DNA of 64,000 nt from Octopus sinensis. Its lineage: Eukaryota. The stretch lies in the NCBI RefSeq assembly GCF_006345805.1, contig NC_043001.1, positions 124,186,001 to 124,250,000 on the forward strand, written 5' to 3'. The notes below the pieces were generated by a model that saw only the letters and a list, made by a program, of their open reading frames with translations, ran no database searches and was not told where the DNA came from. Positions 13,431 to 27,317 of the stretch are shown here, in pieces. The position numbers were made by a program, and so were the translations under genes. Each line of letters begins with the position of its first letter. Position 1 is the stretch's first letter.

Positions 13431-14904
13431 TATTTATTATGACGAATAAAATACCTTGCCGTATTAAGTCTCATACCTATAATTCTGAGTTCAAACTAGC
13501 CACACAGAATGTTCCTTCCATCCTTTCAGTGATGGAAGTTTAGTGGCTATGTAAAAATAAGTCATTTTTCATCTTTATCACTTTATTAATAGTTTTTTTT
13601 GTTTTGATTAAGGCAGAATATTGTGCCTATGATCATTTAAAGGTTCTCCAAGACAAGCGGAAGAGAAGGTGAAAGTTACCTGCAAATTGGAGATCTTCAT
13701 GAAACGCTTACAATCAAGCGGATGTCGTTAAACGCCTCAAAAAGCCGGGAGGTGGTCCTCAGTAGCCTGCGGTTAACTACTAGCTTCCGATGCGATGCTT
13801 CTTACATTTCCGCTGATCCACCTCCTTGATTGGATACGTTCTAATAAATCTCTACCCTCACCACAAAAAATGTAAAATGAAAATCAAAGTCAAACTGAGA
13901 GTATTTGCTAATTATAGAACAAGAAGACGGAACAAATTCCGCAAGGGATTATTTCCAAAGCTCTGTTAAATCTGCCGATGCACGTTATTTCCTTATCGCG
14001 ACGTTTCTATTAATTGCTCCAGGCAATTATAATTTAAAGTGATATTAGTACCTACACGGCGCGAAAGAATAAAAAAAAATTATATATAAGATATTTCAAT
14101 CGTCTCAACCAAAAAATTCACATACAGCAATCAGTTCAAATGACAACGATCAATACAGTCAAAACTCCTGCCTCCATTCCTCCCCTATCTCACCTCCCGA
14201 GCACACTTCTATCCTCACCCCACCACATCATTTGATAATTCGATCAGTAGAAGTCATATGATTAATCAATACCGAAATTCAGGAAAAATTTTAGCCCTGA
14301 AGTCATGAAAATTATTTTATGATTCTTCATATATTTTATTTGTTTGTTAGGTATCCTATAGTCTGTAGTATTCGACTAGTCTAATGAAGGCTCTTTAATG
14401 AAATTCTTATACTTCAGAATAATAGTAATTAATTAAAGTCGCTATTATTTTCTTTTCCCAATTTCATTTGAAGACCTAAACCAGAATCTTCAATTGAATT
14501 AACGCTGACTTCAGTATCACAAGTAAAAGTAGAAATATAAAAATACATCTAAATATTCTACCTTAACACCTAATTTATACTTTAGGGGTGGTTTCTCTGA
14601 ATTTTTTGTTTGCAAAACCTATTGGTGCGTCGAGAGGAAAATTATTGTTGTTTTATACGTATGTTTGTATGCATGTAAGTACGTATGTATGTATTTATGT
14701 AGGTGTGTGCATTTATGTGTATGTGAGTGTGTGTGTGTGTGTTTGTGAGTGTGAGAGGAAATGTGTATATACGATATATGCATACACACACACACACACA
14801 CACATATATAGTACTTCCTTTAAACATATGCGTATATAAAACATATATATGCATATGTTTGACTATATATATATATATACTTGTATATCCATACATAGCT
14901 GCAT

Positions 14905-14935
<31 letters not shown>

Positions 14936-14948
14936 TACATACTTATAT

Positions 14949-14989
<41 letters not shown>

Positions 14990-15040
14990 AGTATTTATGT
15001 GAATATATGTATCCACATAATATAAACATACATATATATA

Positions 15041-15085
<45 letters not shown>

Positions 15086-15744
15086 GGGGGGATTTTCAAT
15101 TATGAAAGACATACAACAAGGGGGTATAACATAAACAAGAATATTAATGGTTGTTATCATTAACTAGGAGGTGTTTATTATCAAATATACAGAAATACAA
15201 TTGAATAACTAATAACGCCAGAAGCGACTTCACTCTAGGCTTTTATGGCTCTAGGCTAAATGTATGTTGAATCAGGATGCGAATTAACCCTCCCCACCCC
15301 ATAGTAGGAGCGTGCGAGTGATTGTGCGTGCTTATGTGCGTGTATGTAAGTGCGTGTGTATTTGTGCATGCATAAGTCTGCGTGCACGTTTGAGCAATAA
15401 CATGCTACAGTCATATAGTTGCTTCGACTTCTTAGTGTTCTGGTGCTAAGTGCGTGTATGCGCTTTGTGCATCATGTGAATGTGTAGGCGTTTCAGGTAT
15501 TTCGAATTAAGAGTATTCGATTAATAAGTATTTATCCTTAGCGCTCGGTTAAAGGTGAATAAATTACGCACGTGCACACAAATATACGCATACGCACGAT
15601 ACACGGACACACTTATAGAGAACACTCAACCACAGACATATATTTATATATATATATATATAATATATATATATATATAATATATATATATATACACTGG
15701 GAGACAGAGCGAAAGAGATTGCTGTACATTCATAATACATACAT

Positions 15745-15803
<59 letters not shown>

Positions 15804-15904
15804 GCTAGACAGACAGATAGGTAGCCTTACAGTATTTCTTCATGTCCTAAAACTCATTGGCCGAAATATGTATATATCTATCTATCTATATATATATATA
15901 CCTA

Positions 15905-15936
<32 letters not shown>

Positions 15937-15938
<2 letters not shown>

Positions 15939-16174
15939 TAAAACGGTAAGATAACAAAAGAAAGAAAGAGACCTCAATATTATGTAAATAGAGGAATTTA
16001 TCTATACAATAATATGTTACATTACTCGATAGTCAAGATAAAACTCTGAGTTTCAGATGCCGAAGTGGCAATCCACATCTCTTCAGTTATCTGGCTAGAT
16101 GTCGTGGATTCCCACTTCGGCATCTGAAACTCAGAGTTTTATCTTGACTATCGAGTAATGTAACATATTATTGT
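15937..16174 (-). mobile_element. Palindromic Penelope pLTR-like insert in (TA)n
   Basis: 71-nt arms 16006-16076 and 16104-16174 with one mismatch and a 27-nt spacer. Confidence 0.75.
16036..16092 (-). ncRNA. Type-I hammerhead ribozyme motif
   Basis: AGATAA-CTGAAGA-GATG...CATC-T-GAAA-CTCAGAG-TT-TTATCT; perfect 6-bp stem I. Confidence 0.65.
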
Positions 16175-16175
16175 G

Positions 16176-16229
<54 letters not shown>

Positions 16230-16252
16230 ATATATTATATATATATATATAT

Positions 16253-16284
<32 letters not shown>

Positions 16285-16297
16285 CATACATATATAT

Positions 16298-16357
<60 letters not shown>

Positions 16358-16476
16358 AAATAGTAAAAAGTGAAAAACTACAGAAGGCTTGTTTTAAAAG
16401 GTTAAAAAATATATATTTGAGTCATTACGTCAGAAGAATGTTATAAATTTTTTTCATACAGTGACATAGTTTTTGA

Positions 16477-16513
16477 AGAAATTACCGGTTTCGTGTTAAC
16501 TTTTCAAATTTCT
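16477..16513 (-). ncRNA. Minimal hammerhead, U3-A8 variant core
   Basis: AGAAAT-TTGAAAA-GT(taac)AC-GAAA-CCGG-TA-ATTTCT; palindromic ACCGGT stem III. Confidence 0.72.
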
Positions 16514-16643
16514 CAAAGCATTGTGTTATGACTTCGTTATGAAGTGTAAAGAGGAGTTCCAGGCAAGGGGAGGTAATAAGTGATTTCTTCCAGTGTAAGG
16601 GAGATAATCGCTTTATATTTCTTGCCTTTTTTACTTAATGGGA

Positions 16644-17096
16644 TTAGTTTCTCTGTATAAGAATGTTAGAATGGTTAAGTTTGGGCTTATATTTTTCAAT
16701 GAAGAATGTTTCCTTGTTTAGTCTAATTTGTGTTGGTGTTCCAATAGCACATTGATAAAATGGAAAGATTAAAAATTGTGGTAGTAGTTGCTTTGCGCAT
16801 TTCTCAATATGCTCACTAAAGGGTATCATTCTGTATTCTGGGAATGCAATTTGTTGTCGATGCAGTGTGCATCTACGTCTGAGTGATAGTCCCGTGGACC
16901 CCACGTAGTTTTGGTGGAAGCCCGAGCATCTTATGACATAAATTATGTTTTCAGAGGCACAAGTAAAATTAGATTTGATCTTGAATTTTTGTCCCTTTTT
17001 GAAGAGAAATTCTGATCCTTCTAGAAGGTTTGGGCATGTTGCACAGTTTGGTCTATCACATTTTTTTACTTTTGCATCCGTAATTTCAGAAAGCAA
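16644..17096 (-). pseudogene. GIY-YIG endonuclease segment of Penelope-like ORF
   Basis: IIY-(10 aa)-YVG motif, LRRRCTLHR, KETFFIEKYKPKLN; separated from RT by frameshifts/stops. Confidence 0.85.
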
Positions 17097-17350
17097 TTTT
17101 GCCTTTGTGAGAATCTTTTTAAGTGATTTAGGTTGTTTGTAGCTTTTAATGATTTTATGTATGTTTAGAATTTCCTTTAACTGGGGGTCCTTATGAAGTA
17201 TTGGTAAATTCTGGGTGATGTTGGTGAAGGCTTCTTTGTTTCTGGGGTTCTATGTGGATATGTAAGGCAGTATATTCGGGGAAGGTGTGTTGTTGTGTTG
17301 AACTTTTCTCAAAGTTTTATGTCGATTTCTGTTGCACGTCTGATCCCATC

Positions 17351-17851
17351 CTATATGAGTTGAGCTGGGTAGTGTCTGTCAATTAGGGTGTTTTTGAGTT
17401 CTTGTAGTCTAAAGTTCCTGGTATTTTGTTCTGACACTATTGTGCATATCCTTCTTGCAAGGTTGAAAGGGATGTTTGTTTTAGTGTGTCTTGGGTGGCA
17501 TGAATCAAAAAGTAGGTATTGTTTGGCGTCTGTGGCTTTGTAAAAAATGTCTGTTTCTATTTTAAGGTTAATTTTTTTAATTAGTATATCTAAGAATGGA
17601 AGCTCCTTTTGGTTGTATTCCATTGTGAACTGTATATTTGGGTTGCTGCTGTTCAATAGGTTTTTGAATTTTAGGAGTTTATCTGTGATTTCATTCCAGA
17701 GTATAAAACAATCGTCCAGGAATCGTTTCCAATTCTCTTTTATGTATTGAGAGAGGGGGTTTCCAAAGGTTGATAAAGATTCCTGGTAAATAATTATTTC
17801 CAGGTAGCCCATTGTTAGGTTCGCAATGACTGGTGCTGCCCTTGTACCCAT
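17351..17851 (-). pseudogene. Reverse transcriptase segment of Penelope-like ORF
   Basis: MG, RFLDD, LPFLD motifs. Confidence 0.9.
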
Positions 17852-20343
17852 AGCAATTCCGGATTTTTAACGGTAAAATGTATTGTCAAACATGAAGAAG
17901 TTATTATGTAGGATGAATTCAACCGATTTAGTAATGAAATCTTTACTGATCCTTTTTGGTATTTGGTATTTCAAGGAAACTAATAATCTACGATTTTCAA
18001 GCCATTATACTGATATCAACCGCTCACCCTCTCAAGAACTATCTCTCAATGTAATATATATATATACTTGCCTTAGGACTCTGTTTGAAACCTGGCCGCA
18101 TGATGAAATAGAATGGAAATCAAATGAAAGAAAAAATATAGTATAACATATACATACTCACATGTGTGCATATGTGAAGGTAAATAGATTTACAAAGGAA
18201 AGTAAAGGTCATTTAGCATAGATCAGGTGGAGATCAAATATATGTATCAACAACATTTGACTTAATCTATTTTACCCCAAATTACTCGTGCGTACAAGTA
18301 CATTTGATCGTTTATGACCACTCGATTTAAGAGACAGGGCAGAGATAAGTAATAAAGATGACTTTTTTATGAAGAAATATATATAAAGGTAACTTATAGT
18401 AGTCAGTACGGCTGACATGATAAAATTAGTATTTGGATGGTTCCTACAGTGTCGCTAAGCGTTGAACTATTTATTTGTAGGGCATTATGGAACAAATGCT
18501 GAATGGTAGATAACACTGACGCAACATACAAAGGTACTTTTCCTTGCTTCCATAAGAAAAAAAACCTTTACAATTTCCGTAAAGTATCAACACGGTGTGT
18601 TTTACAAATATATTCAAGAAATGTTTCTCTATTACCAGTTTTTGTTCAAAAAGCAGTTCTCAAGAACACATAAATTACACAACTATATTTTCCATGTATC
18701 ATTATAAAGTTAGTTATTCCTCTTTAGAAAATATCACTCCAGCTTCGCACACTATAACTGGAAGTGGAACACACTACTTTTATTGGAAGCACCCATACGT
18801 AACTGTCGCAATCGCCTATTCAGTAAGGACATTCTACCTTATGAAGACATACTTTGTATTTGCGGATATTAAACAATCTGCGTGGCATCAAGGAAAGACA
18901 GCTTTAAGCAATCTACTCCGTTTTGTTCGAGATAAGAGAAAACCCTGCCTCTGTCTCACTTAATCTGGTAACTAAGTGACCAGAGAAATAATCTGCTTAC
19001 CAGAACATGGAGTATATTTGTAATAGAAGGTAGCAATTCGATTCATATTTGTGAGAGATTTAATTTAGTAATACGATTACTTTAATGTCTTATTGACTTG
19101 GTTACTCACATAGAGTCTTATATTATTATGTTTCACTTTAACGTAAGGTCATGAATTTTTTAGAGAAGAAATATATTTTATTGAAATGATTTTGATTGGC
19201 TATTGTTTTGAAGTCCCAGAGGAGTAAAAATAGTGAGACTCACAAGATTTGAATACATTATGTTGAATAGTGGTATAAATTGTCAAAATTGATTTATCAA
19301 ACATTCTGTTGGTTCTACCACACTACATTTCTCCGGACTTAAATAATTCTATTTAAAATTTAACTATTCGGAAAGTCTGCATTCTATTGTAAATTGGAGA
19401 ATAATAGTCTATTCGGAACGATGTCGTTAAAATCTTGGCTATAATAGTGCGTGGACGGAAAGAGAAGAGCAACGAGAGAACTATAGATAATTGCTGGAAT
19501 TGATTTGCACACTAAGTAATCATTATCTCATTTCTTAAACTTGCCGCAAGTTAAGAGATATACGTTGGTAGATACTGTTTAACTATGCATAAATCTAAAT
19601 TTCCCAGTTATGCTTCAATTGTTTCCCACTGTACTGCAGTGGATGGACGTGATTATTATCGTTTTGCGACTAGTTTGTCTATATCTTTATGATTGATCAA
19701 TTAGCTAGGGAATGTTGAACTTAGAGACTACATTTGTCACACAAAGAAATATTTTGACGATTACTGATATACCTGAAATTCAAAGGATTTCCATATCTGG
19801 ATGTTTTGAGAGTGTATGAGAGAGAGAGAGAGAGAAAAGAGAAAGAGAGGGAGAGAGAGAGAGAGGGAGAGAGAGAAAGGGAGACAGAGAGAATAAGAGA
19901 GAGCTAGGTCTATTATTTTGTTCCTGTATAAACAATGGAACACTGTTTTATGTCATTTATACCGATAAATTAATGGAATCGTAATTATATGAATTTGCCA
20001 TTACAAGAATTAAGTAATTATGAGTCTACAAACAACAGGTATGTTTGGCAAGATGACCTTGCTACTGTGGACACAAAAGACGAATGCAGGTTGCCACATC
20101 AATCATTGTGATACGTAAATACTCCTAAAACAATAAAACACCGTCGATTGACACTGACCTATTTGCCATGGATTAAGAGTTCATGATAGTTTCTGTAAAT
20201 CTCAAATAACACCCAGTGATTAAAGATAACGTTATTGCAAACAAAAAGAACACAATATCAACTGAAAGTAGAACACGTATCACCGACCTCGCTACATTTC
20301 AGTGTTTCATGATTTAATGGCAATACTATAGCATTATATTCCA

Positions 20344-20728
20344 CTAGCAGTATCACCCGGCGTTGCTCGGGTTTGTAAGGGAAATAATTATATAAGCATT
20401 TTTAGAGAGTTATAGCCAAAAAATAGCAATAAAAATGGAAAAAAGATGATGGTAAATTTTTTTTTTAAATCGTTGACTCATCGTAGACATTTTTAGAGAG
20501 TTACTTCCCTTATAGAATAGCGAAAAAATGCATTAAAATGGAAAAAAATGATGGCAATTTTTTTTTTTAATCGTAGACTCATCGTAGACGCTAATACCCA
20601 GAAGGGCTCGATATGAATCACGACTGTAAGATACCCGGTTTTGGTTAAACTGCACCGCAAAATGTGGGAGTAGTTAGGAATCTAAATCGTAGGAGACAGA
20701 CACACAACTTGACTTTTATATATAAAGA
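20344..20728 (-). mobile_element. Non-autonomous Helitron, copy 1
   Basis: 5' TC, 3' hairpin CCCGAGCAACGCCGGG then CTAG, inserted between A and T, no TSD; four copies in window. Confidence 0.88.
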
Positions 20729-21639
20729 TTTCTGTTTTATTTAGGTGAAGGCGGAAAGCAATCCTTAAATCAGCATTCCCGTGAAATAACAGTGTCAACA
20801 AAGTCACAAGACATTAATAGCGATATCACTAAGTTGGTCTGCTTCTGCTAGCGAACACACTGCCTAGAAACGTGATGAAATTCAATGTCATATAAACAGC
20901 AATCCAGCAAGCATCCATATTTAATGTTGGTAATGATATGATCGATTCAACTTGACGGTTGCCATACTAAACGTTGTTTTATATATAACATCAATCTTGA
21001 AGATTTTCTTTCAATTAAAAGACACAGATAATTCTGTAAGTTCATGTTTTGTATAGTATTACTAAAACAACAAAATTAGAAAATGCAGCACAGATTTTGT
21101 GGGACGAAAATATTTTGACAAATTAAACTTAAATGTTGAAGTGAATCGAACGGCTTTTGTGTGTTTCTTAAATGGCTTACAAACACCTTCCACGCTGCAA
21201 TTGTTTTCGTTTCAGCACACGATCTCAGATCAAATCACTTGCTATGCAAGTACATCTCCGTAAAATTAACCTGATTGGATGAAACAAGAAACAGTTTAGT
21301 GTTCATACATTGCGAAACGTCAGAAATTCACTTAAGTTACTACCTTCGTACTCAGTTGATCAATTAAAACAAGAGTAAAGATACATAATGAAAAGGATCT
21401 ATTAATAATGCATACATATTATAAAGCATAGAATAATTCAAGATTTTACGACACTCTATTAATAAATCAACACATACATGCACACATACAAACATATGGG
21501 GGACTGTAGAAATTTCTGCTCCTAAAAAGACAACAGGAAAAAGAATAGGGGGTGAGAGAGGGTTAGCACCTAATCTCGCCCTAGTACTAGGGTCATGTCG
21601 TGTGCGTGGGTGCAGTACAAGTGAGGTAAAGAGTTGAGA

Positions 21640-22600
21640 GACGGGGAGTGTGATGATGAGGAGAAGGATAGGTGTGCTTGCACTGAGAGAAACATGTCTT
21701 CAAGAGTACCAGTTTGGTGATGTAACTGGACGAGTGTCGGGAGTGAGAGAACAAGGGCTCGGGAGGAAGTAGCATAACTGGTGAGTGAGCGTGTGAAGGA
21801 GAGTGTGGTGGAGTGGAGGGAAGTGTTTTCAAGGTTAATGTAGATGAAGATGAGGTGAGGAGGAAAGATGTGGGTGTTTTTCAGTGCGTATGGTCTAGGG
21901 CAGTGCTTTTCAAACTTTTTGCTGGAGCGGAACCCCAAGGAAATATTCCACTGGCTCGGGGAACCCCTGTGCAATAATTTAATAGTCTTATGCACACATA
22001 TCTGCACAGGAGAATTAAAAATTACTGCTGATTTCAACCCTGGTTGAAATGGGAGTGAAATGAGTGAGGAAGAAGTAGAGGAGTCTGGAGGGAACTGACA
22101 GAGTGTGTGGATAGGGTGGCGAAAAGTGGTTATGTGGTGGTGTTGGTTGATTTGAATGTGCGAGTGGGACATGAGTAAGTAGAAAATGTAGTAGGTTCCT
22201 GATCGGAATGAGAGTGAAAGGATGTTGTTGGAAATGTCTATGGAAATGTGTGTGGTGGCGAATAGTCTTTTTAAAAAATGGGAGAAAATAAGTTCACATG
22301 GTGGAGGGTGGAGGGTGCGGGGAGGAACAGTAACGGAGAAGGCCTTGCTGGATTATGTATTTATTGATAAGCGAGTGGAAGGGAGGCTGGTGGATGTGCA
22401 TGTAATGAGAGGTGAAGTTGTAGGATCAGATCACCTCTTAGGAACGGTTAAGTTGAAAGTATGCTCAAAATGGAATGCTAGATGAGTGATAGGGAGGAGA
22501 GAGGTTGTGAAGGTGAGTGAACTGGATAGCAGAGAGAAGAAGCAGGAATATGTAGACACTGAGAAGTGAATATGAACAGGTTAAGAAACGGAGTGGCTAG
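21640..22600 (+). mobile_element. Decayed LINE APE-endonuclease fragment (RTE-like)
   Basis: VANSLFKK, LLDYVFI, GSDHLL motifs in ORF 22222-22485; VFFSAYG upstream; interrupted at 21901. Confidence 0.75.
21901..22049. mobile_element. hAT (Charlie-like) MITE fragment nested in the LINE
   Basis: Starts CAGTGCTTTTCAAAC right after GTCTAGGG (resembles the nTCTAGAn target); right end partial (CCCTGGTTGAAA). Confidence 0.6.
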
Positions 22601-22726
22601 TATGTATGAATGTGTATGTATCTAAGTATGTAAGTATATACGTGTATGTACACACACACACACATGTATATCTGTATATAAACTTACATACATAATGCAC
22701 AAATATATAATATATATATATATATA

Positions 22727-22905
22727 CTTTATTTAAAAGCAGCAGAAATTTAACAAAAGCTGTTTCTCCGACGAATGCGAACGTGAAACTCCGAGTAACA
22801 GCTTTTGTTAAATTTCTGTTGCTTTTAAATAAAGCATATTACTCTACCTCTGGTATTTCAGTACTCTTTTTTCCACCTTGTTTCACATTTATGTGTTTAC
22901 TCCAG
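22727..22905 (+). mobile_element. Palindromic pLTR-like insert in (TA)n with partial hammerhead
   Basis: Arms ~22727-22768 and 22793-22834; centre CCGACGA-ATG(cgaa)CGT-GAAA-CTCCGAG-TA-ACAGC. Confidence 0.62.
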
Positions 22906-22985
<80 letters not shown>

Positions 22986-23001
22986 TATATATATGTATGT
23001 G

Positions 23002-23033
<32 letters not shown>

Positions 23034-24104
23034 AACAACTTATAAATAAGGGCTAAAGAAAATTATTTCTATCCCAATATGCTGATAACAGACTTTTAAA
23101 TCGTATATTTCCACATATTATTTACTCGCTACAGAAAACACGAAGAGCTAAAATCGAGGAAAGCCAGCCGATGGAATTCTATTGTGATGTTTCACGTGCA
23201 ATAAGAAAGAATTCAAATGTCTTTGAACAGTATGAAGATGATGAACAGGGTGAAACCGATATTTAAATTCGAATGAAATGATGAATTCGAAATCAAATAA
23301 TTTAAGAATTGTAGATTAAGAATGATATACAAACATGAAAGCAAAACCAAATAAGTTTGGAATTATAAACATGCAAACTGTTGTATCTTTTGTTTAATCC
23401 TCGATTAAACTCGAGGTTTTAAACGTATATCATTTACAAAGTATTTTCGCTAATTAATCTACATAAAATTGAATTGAAGAAGCTTTCCCAAATGAGATAT
23501 ATAAAATAAAACTTTTGTATATCTCAAGAATTAAAAGATTTACTTAATGATACAGCATGCAATTATGTGTTAATTCTTAATTCTCAATATAATGACGAAT
23601 TTTTGCGTCAATAGATTTAAGTTTGCGATTATCACAAGTTGTCAGCAAAGTGATAAGCGATAGAATTAAAGCAATTACTGACAATATAAAAATAATGGGC
23701 TATATTATTAATAGCATCTGTCATGCCATCATAAGCTGACATTTTAATTCAAGTTTATTACCGTCTTCTATTACATAATAAATAAAAAGATATCCATCGT
23801 TCAGTCCAACTGTAAGAGGTATATACCGGATTCATGTGAAAGACTTGCTTTATTTCATAAACGAGTGTACATTTAACTAAATTCTCTGATAGAATCAGTG
23901 TTGAATTTTCGATTAATAGGAACGCAGCAGGGCTGAATGATTTAGGTATTTGCTTGAAAATAATAAGGTGCTAATTTACTATTGCCTTGCATCCATCCAA
24001 GACATGCGAAGGAAATTGAGTAGAGAGAAAATGTGCGAAATACCGTCGGGTGGTTTAATTATTAGACATTGCTTTTTTGCTGTGTCTTGGGAGGATAAAC
24101 ACAG

Positions 24105-24308
24105 GAGCTTTCTCCGTCCGGGTTACGGATGCGTGGAACAAGCTGCCAGACGAGATGGTGAAGATGCCGACGACCGCTTTGTTCAAAGCCTCCCTGGACC
24201 TCAAGTGGCCTGAACTCTTTACATGAACACCACCCTGTACTTAACTCCATGTCCCCCCTACATGGCCTTGCTATTTGCTTTTGAGCCAAATTAACTAACT
24301 AACTAACT
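24105..24308 (+). mobile_element. CR1-type LINE 3' end
   Basis: Homologous to 5248-5450; (TAAC)n tail; 7-bp TSD AACACAG. Confidence 0.88.
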
Positions 24309-25220
24309 AACACAGAACAAAAAGAGAATAAACATGTGACTTTGTAAAACTCTTCAAATTAGTAATTAAAAGCCAGAGCAGAAAAGAGTATTAGCAAAAC
24401 ACAATTACCATTTAATGTAACGGAAGATCTCTGTAAGACTGTACGACATGCGAGTAAGACTGATAAGAAGCTGCAATATGAGCGCTTTAGTCATGACACA
24501 GGCTGTTGAACGGGGTTGGCTTCTGCTTTATAGAATAAGCCAAAATGTTATAGAAAAAAGAAACCCCGTATTTTTGCAGAAACGTATTGCTTCTCCAATA
24601 TACTCTTCAGTTCCTTCCTAAAGACCATACGAAGGATAAGGAATATATTTGCTTGGACTCACGGTTATGGACAAACTCACTTATTATTCGGAATACTTTA
24701 TTCCAATATACATAATCATTTTCTATGAGTTTATTACACTGACAAATATAAACATACATATTTGCAGGTGTGTGTGTGAGTATACCTGTATTCGTGTGTC
24801 GGTAAATTGATGTTAATAAACAAATGTACATATGACTACAAATATATACAGATATACATTCAATAACGAATTAAAAGCAGCGCTAAATTTCTAAACATCA
24901 TCGCCCTCGCATACTCAACGCATGTGTTCTGTCTCTTCATCGGTTCGATGCTGGATGGCATTTAGCAGATGACTGCCTCATAGTACTAGGTGTTAAACCA
25001 TAGGGGAAGACTCTCTCGTAGCGCTTTCAAGTGTTTTTCTTCGCAGCGTTATGAGGGAGTCGTTCCCAAGCGTTGGTACAGGGCGACCCGTTGAGCAAAC
25101 AAAACATATATATTATGTGCGGTCAATAATATTTACATATCATATATACATACACACACGCGCATATTTATACACACGCATACATATATATATACATACA
25201 TAGGCTCACACACACATATG

Positions 25221-25261
<41 letters not shown>

Positions 25262-25358
25262 TTATATACATATATACATTTATATGCATTTATATACATA
25301 TTCATATATACATATATATACATACATATAATATATATATATATACATATATATCTAC

Positions 25359-25396
<38 letters not shown>

Positions 25397-25455
25397 TAAT
25401 ATATATATATATATATATCTACATATATATATATTATACATATATATATATATAT

Positions 25456-25506
<51 letters not shown>

Positions 25507-25531
25507 TATATATATATACATATATATTAAT

Positions 25532-26235
25532 TTAACAATTGAGGATAAAATCTTTAAAAGAAATTATCAGTAGTCAGCGTGAAAAACCTCGTGAGAGAAA
25601 AAATCCGTAAATTCTTCCTCTTTGAAAATATTCATTTATATTATGTTGAGGGTACTACTATTCGTAGATACCAACACGCTAAGAGGGACCAATGCGGTCA
25701 AAACTACTAAAAATAAACAAAATGAATATTTTCAAATAAACAAAATGAATATTTTCAAAGAGGAGGAATTTACGGATTTTTTCTCTTACGAGGTTTTTCA
25801 CGCTGACTACTGATAATTTCTTTTAAAGATTTTATCCTCAATTGTTAATTTATATTTTCCACCGGAATAGTTCAATACTGAATTTTTATTCCGAATAGAC
25901 AATTTGGTACCGAAATGCATTGCGAATAAACCCGCCATTTTCATAGATATGTAAAGATAAACATTCGGACATGCTACGACGAATTATACGGTTGGCTATC
26001 GAGCTTGTAATGTTATGTTTTTCTCTTATATTTCTTGAGTTTGTTGCACTGATGAACATAGAAATGCATATTCTGCATTTAAATGCGAAATCACATGTGG
26101 TATGTAACTGAATTCTTTTTTAAAATGATGTGTTTTGAAGTTTTGCATTCGGTAAAATTTTGTTTATTTTTAGTAGTTTTGACCGCATTGGTCCCTCTTA
26201 GCGTGTTGGTATCTACGAATAGTAGTACCCTCAAC

Positions 26236-26242
<7 letters not shown>
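25532..26242 (+). mobile_element. Rearranged Penelope pLTR-like insert (A'-B'-A-C-B) in (TA)n
   Basis: 25532-25637 is the reverse complement of 25743-25848; 25638-25723 is the reverse complement of 26157-26242; hammerhead in segment C. Confidence 0.78.
26043..26108 (+). ncRNA. Type-I hammerhead ribozyme motif
   Basis: GTTGCA-CTGATGA-stem II with AAATGCA/TGCATTT-GAAA-TCACATGTGG-TA-TGTAAC; predicted GUA cleavage after 26102. Confidence 0.72.
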
Positions 26243-26320
<78 letters not shown>

Positions 26321-26323
<3 letters not shown>

Positions 26324-27012
26324 TAGGTAGGCAACTAAGTTCCCGCCGTTTTTTAAAATTTCAACTTTTTAAAACGCTTAATAAAAAATAACTAATTAAT
26401 CAATAATGTATTCGCCCTTGTTTTTTACAACTTCTTCCCAACCGTTCAACAAGATTTTCAATACCTCGGTGGTAGAAATCACCTGATTTCGACTCGAAAA
26501 ATTGAACCAACGAAGCTCTCAATTCTGTATGAGTATTAAACGAAGCTCCGCGCATAGCATTTGAAAGAGATCGAAAGAGGTGGAAATTCGTTGATGCCAA
26601 ATCAGTAGAGTACGGTGGCTGTGGCAGCACTTTCCAGCCATGTGTTTGAATGGCTTCCTTGGTCATATTGGCGATATGAGGACGGGCGTTGTCGTGCAGC
26701 AGTAGAACTCCATGCTGCCGATTAGGTCTTTACTCTTGAATAGCAATGTTGAATCGTTCCATCTGTTGAACATAGGGTTCCGCGTTGACCGTTTGGTTCC
26801 GTTCAAGCAATTCATAATGGATAATCCCTTCCCAGTCCCACCGTATGCACAACATCGTTTTACGCGGATGAAGGTCTTGTTTCACGCGTTGTGTCTCTTG
26901 TTTACCGGGGCTAATCCATTCCTCATTCCTTATGCTGCTTCATATTGATGAACAGGCACCATTTTTCATCGCCAGTATCCATTCAGTAAAGAAATCGTTG
27001 TTTCTGTCCATA
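26321..27012 (-). mobile_element. Mariner 3' half
   Basis: TIR TATTAGGTAGGCAACTAAGTT; HDNARPH and PPYSTDLASTNFHLFRSL motifs; truncated by a microsatellite. Confidence 0.9.
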
Positions 27013-27016
27013 TAGT

Positions 27017-27062
<46 letters not shown>

Positions 27063-27073
27063 ATATATATATA

Positions 27074-27133
<60 letters not shown>

Positions 27134-27150
27134 CACACATATATATATAC

Positions 27151-27201
<51 letters not shown>

Positions 27202-27239
27202 CAATATATATACATATATATATATATATATACATATAT

Positions 27240-27317
<78 letters not shown>

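Larger units (their letters stand above)
16357..17965 (-). mobile_element. 5'-truncated Penelope-like element (RT + GIY-YIG, Cys-rich linker)
   Basis: RT motifs MGT...ANL.MGYLE, WKRFLDDCF, FTME, LPFLD, SCHPRH; endonuclease CDRPNCATC, NIIYVIRC, YVGSTG; 3' region with hammerhead ends in (TA)n. Confidence 0.93.

Noticed and set aside
14377-14444. Hammerhead-like CTAATGAAGGCT with CTTTAAT/ATTAAAG stem
   Set aside because: G5 mutated and GAAA/UH missing; too decayed to call
20746-20930. Possible exon after TTTATTTAG
   Set aside because: Reading frames close quickly; no supporting homology
21085-21262. Tc1/mariner-like terminus ending in CTCCGTA
   Set aside because: No partner TIR or second copy in the window
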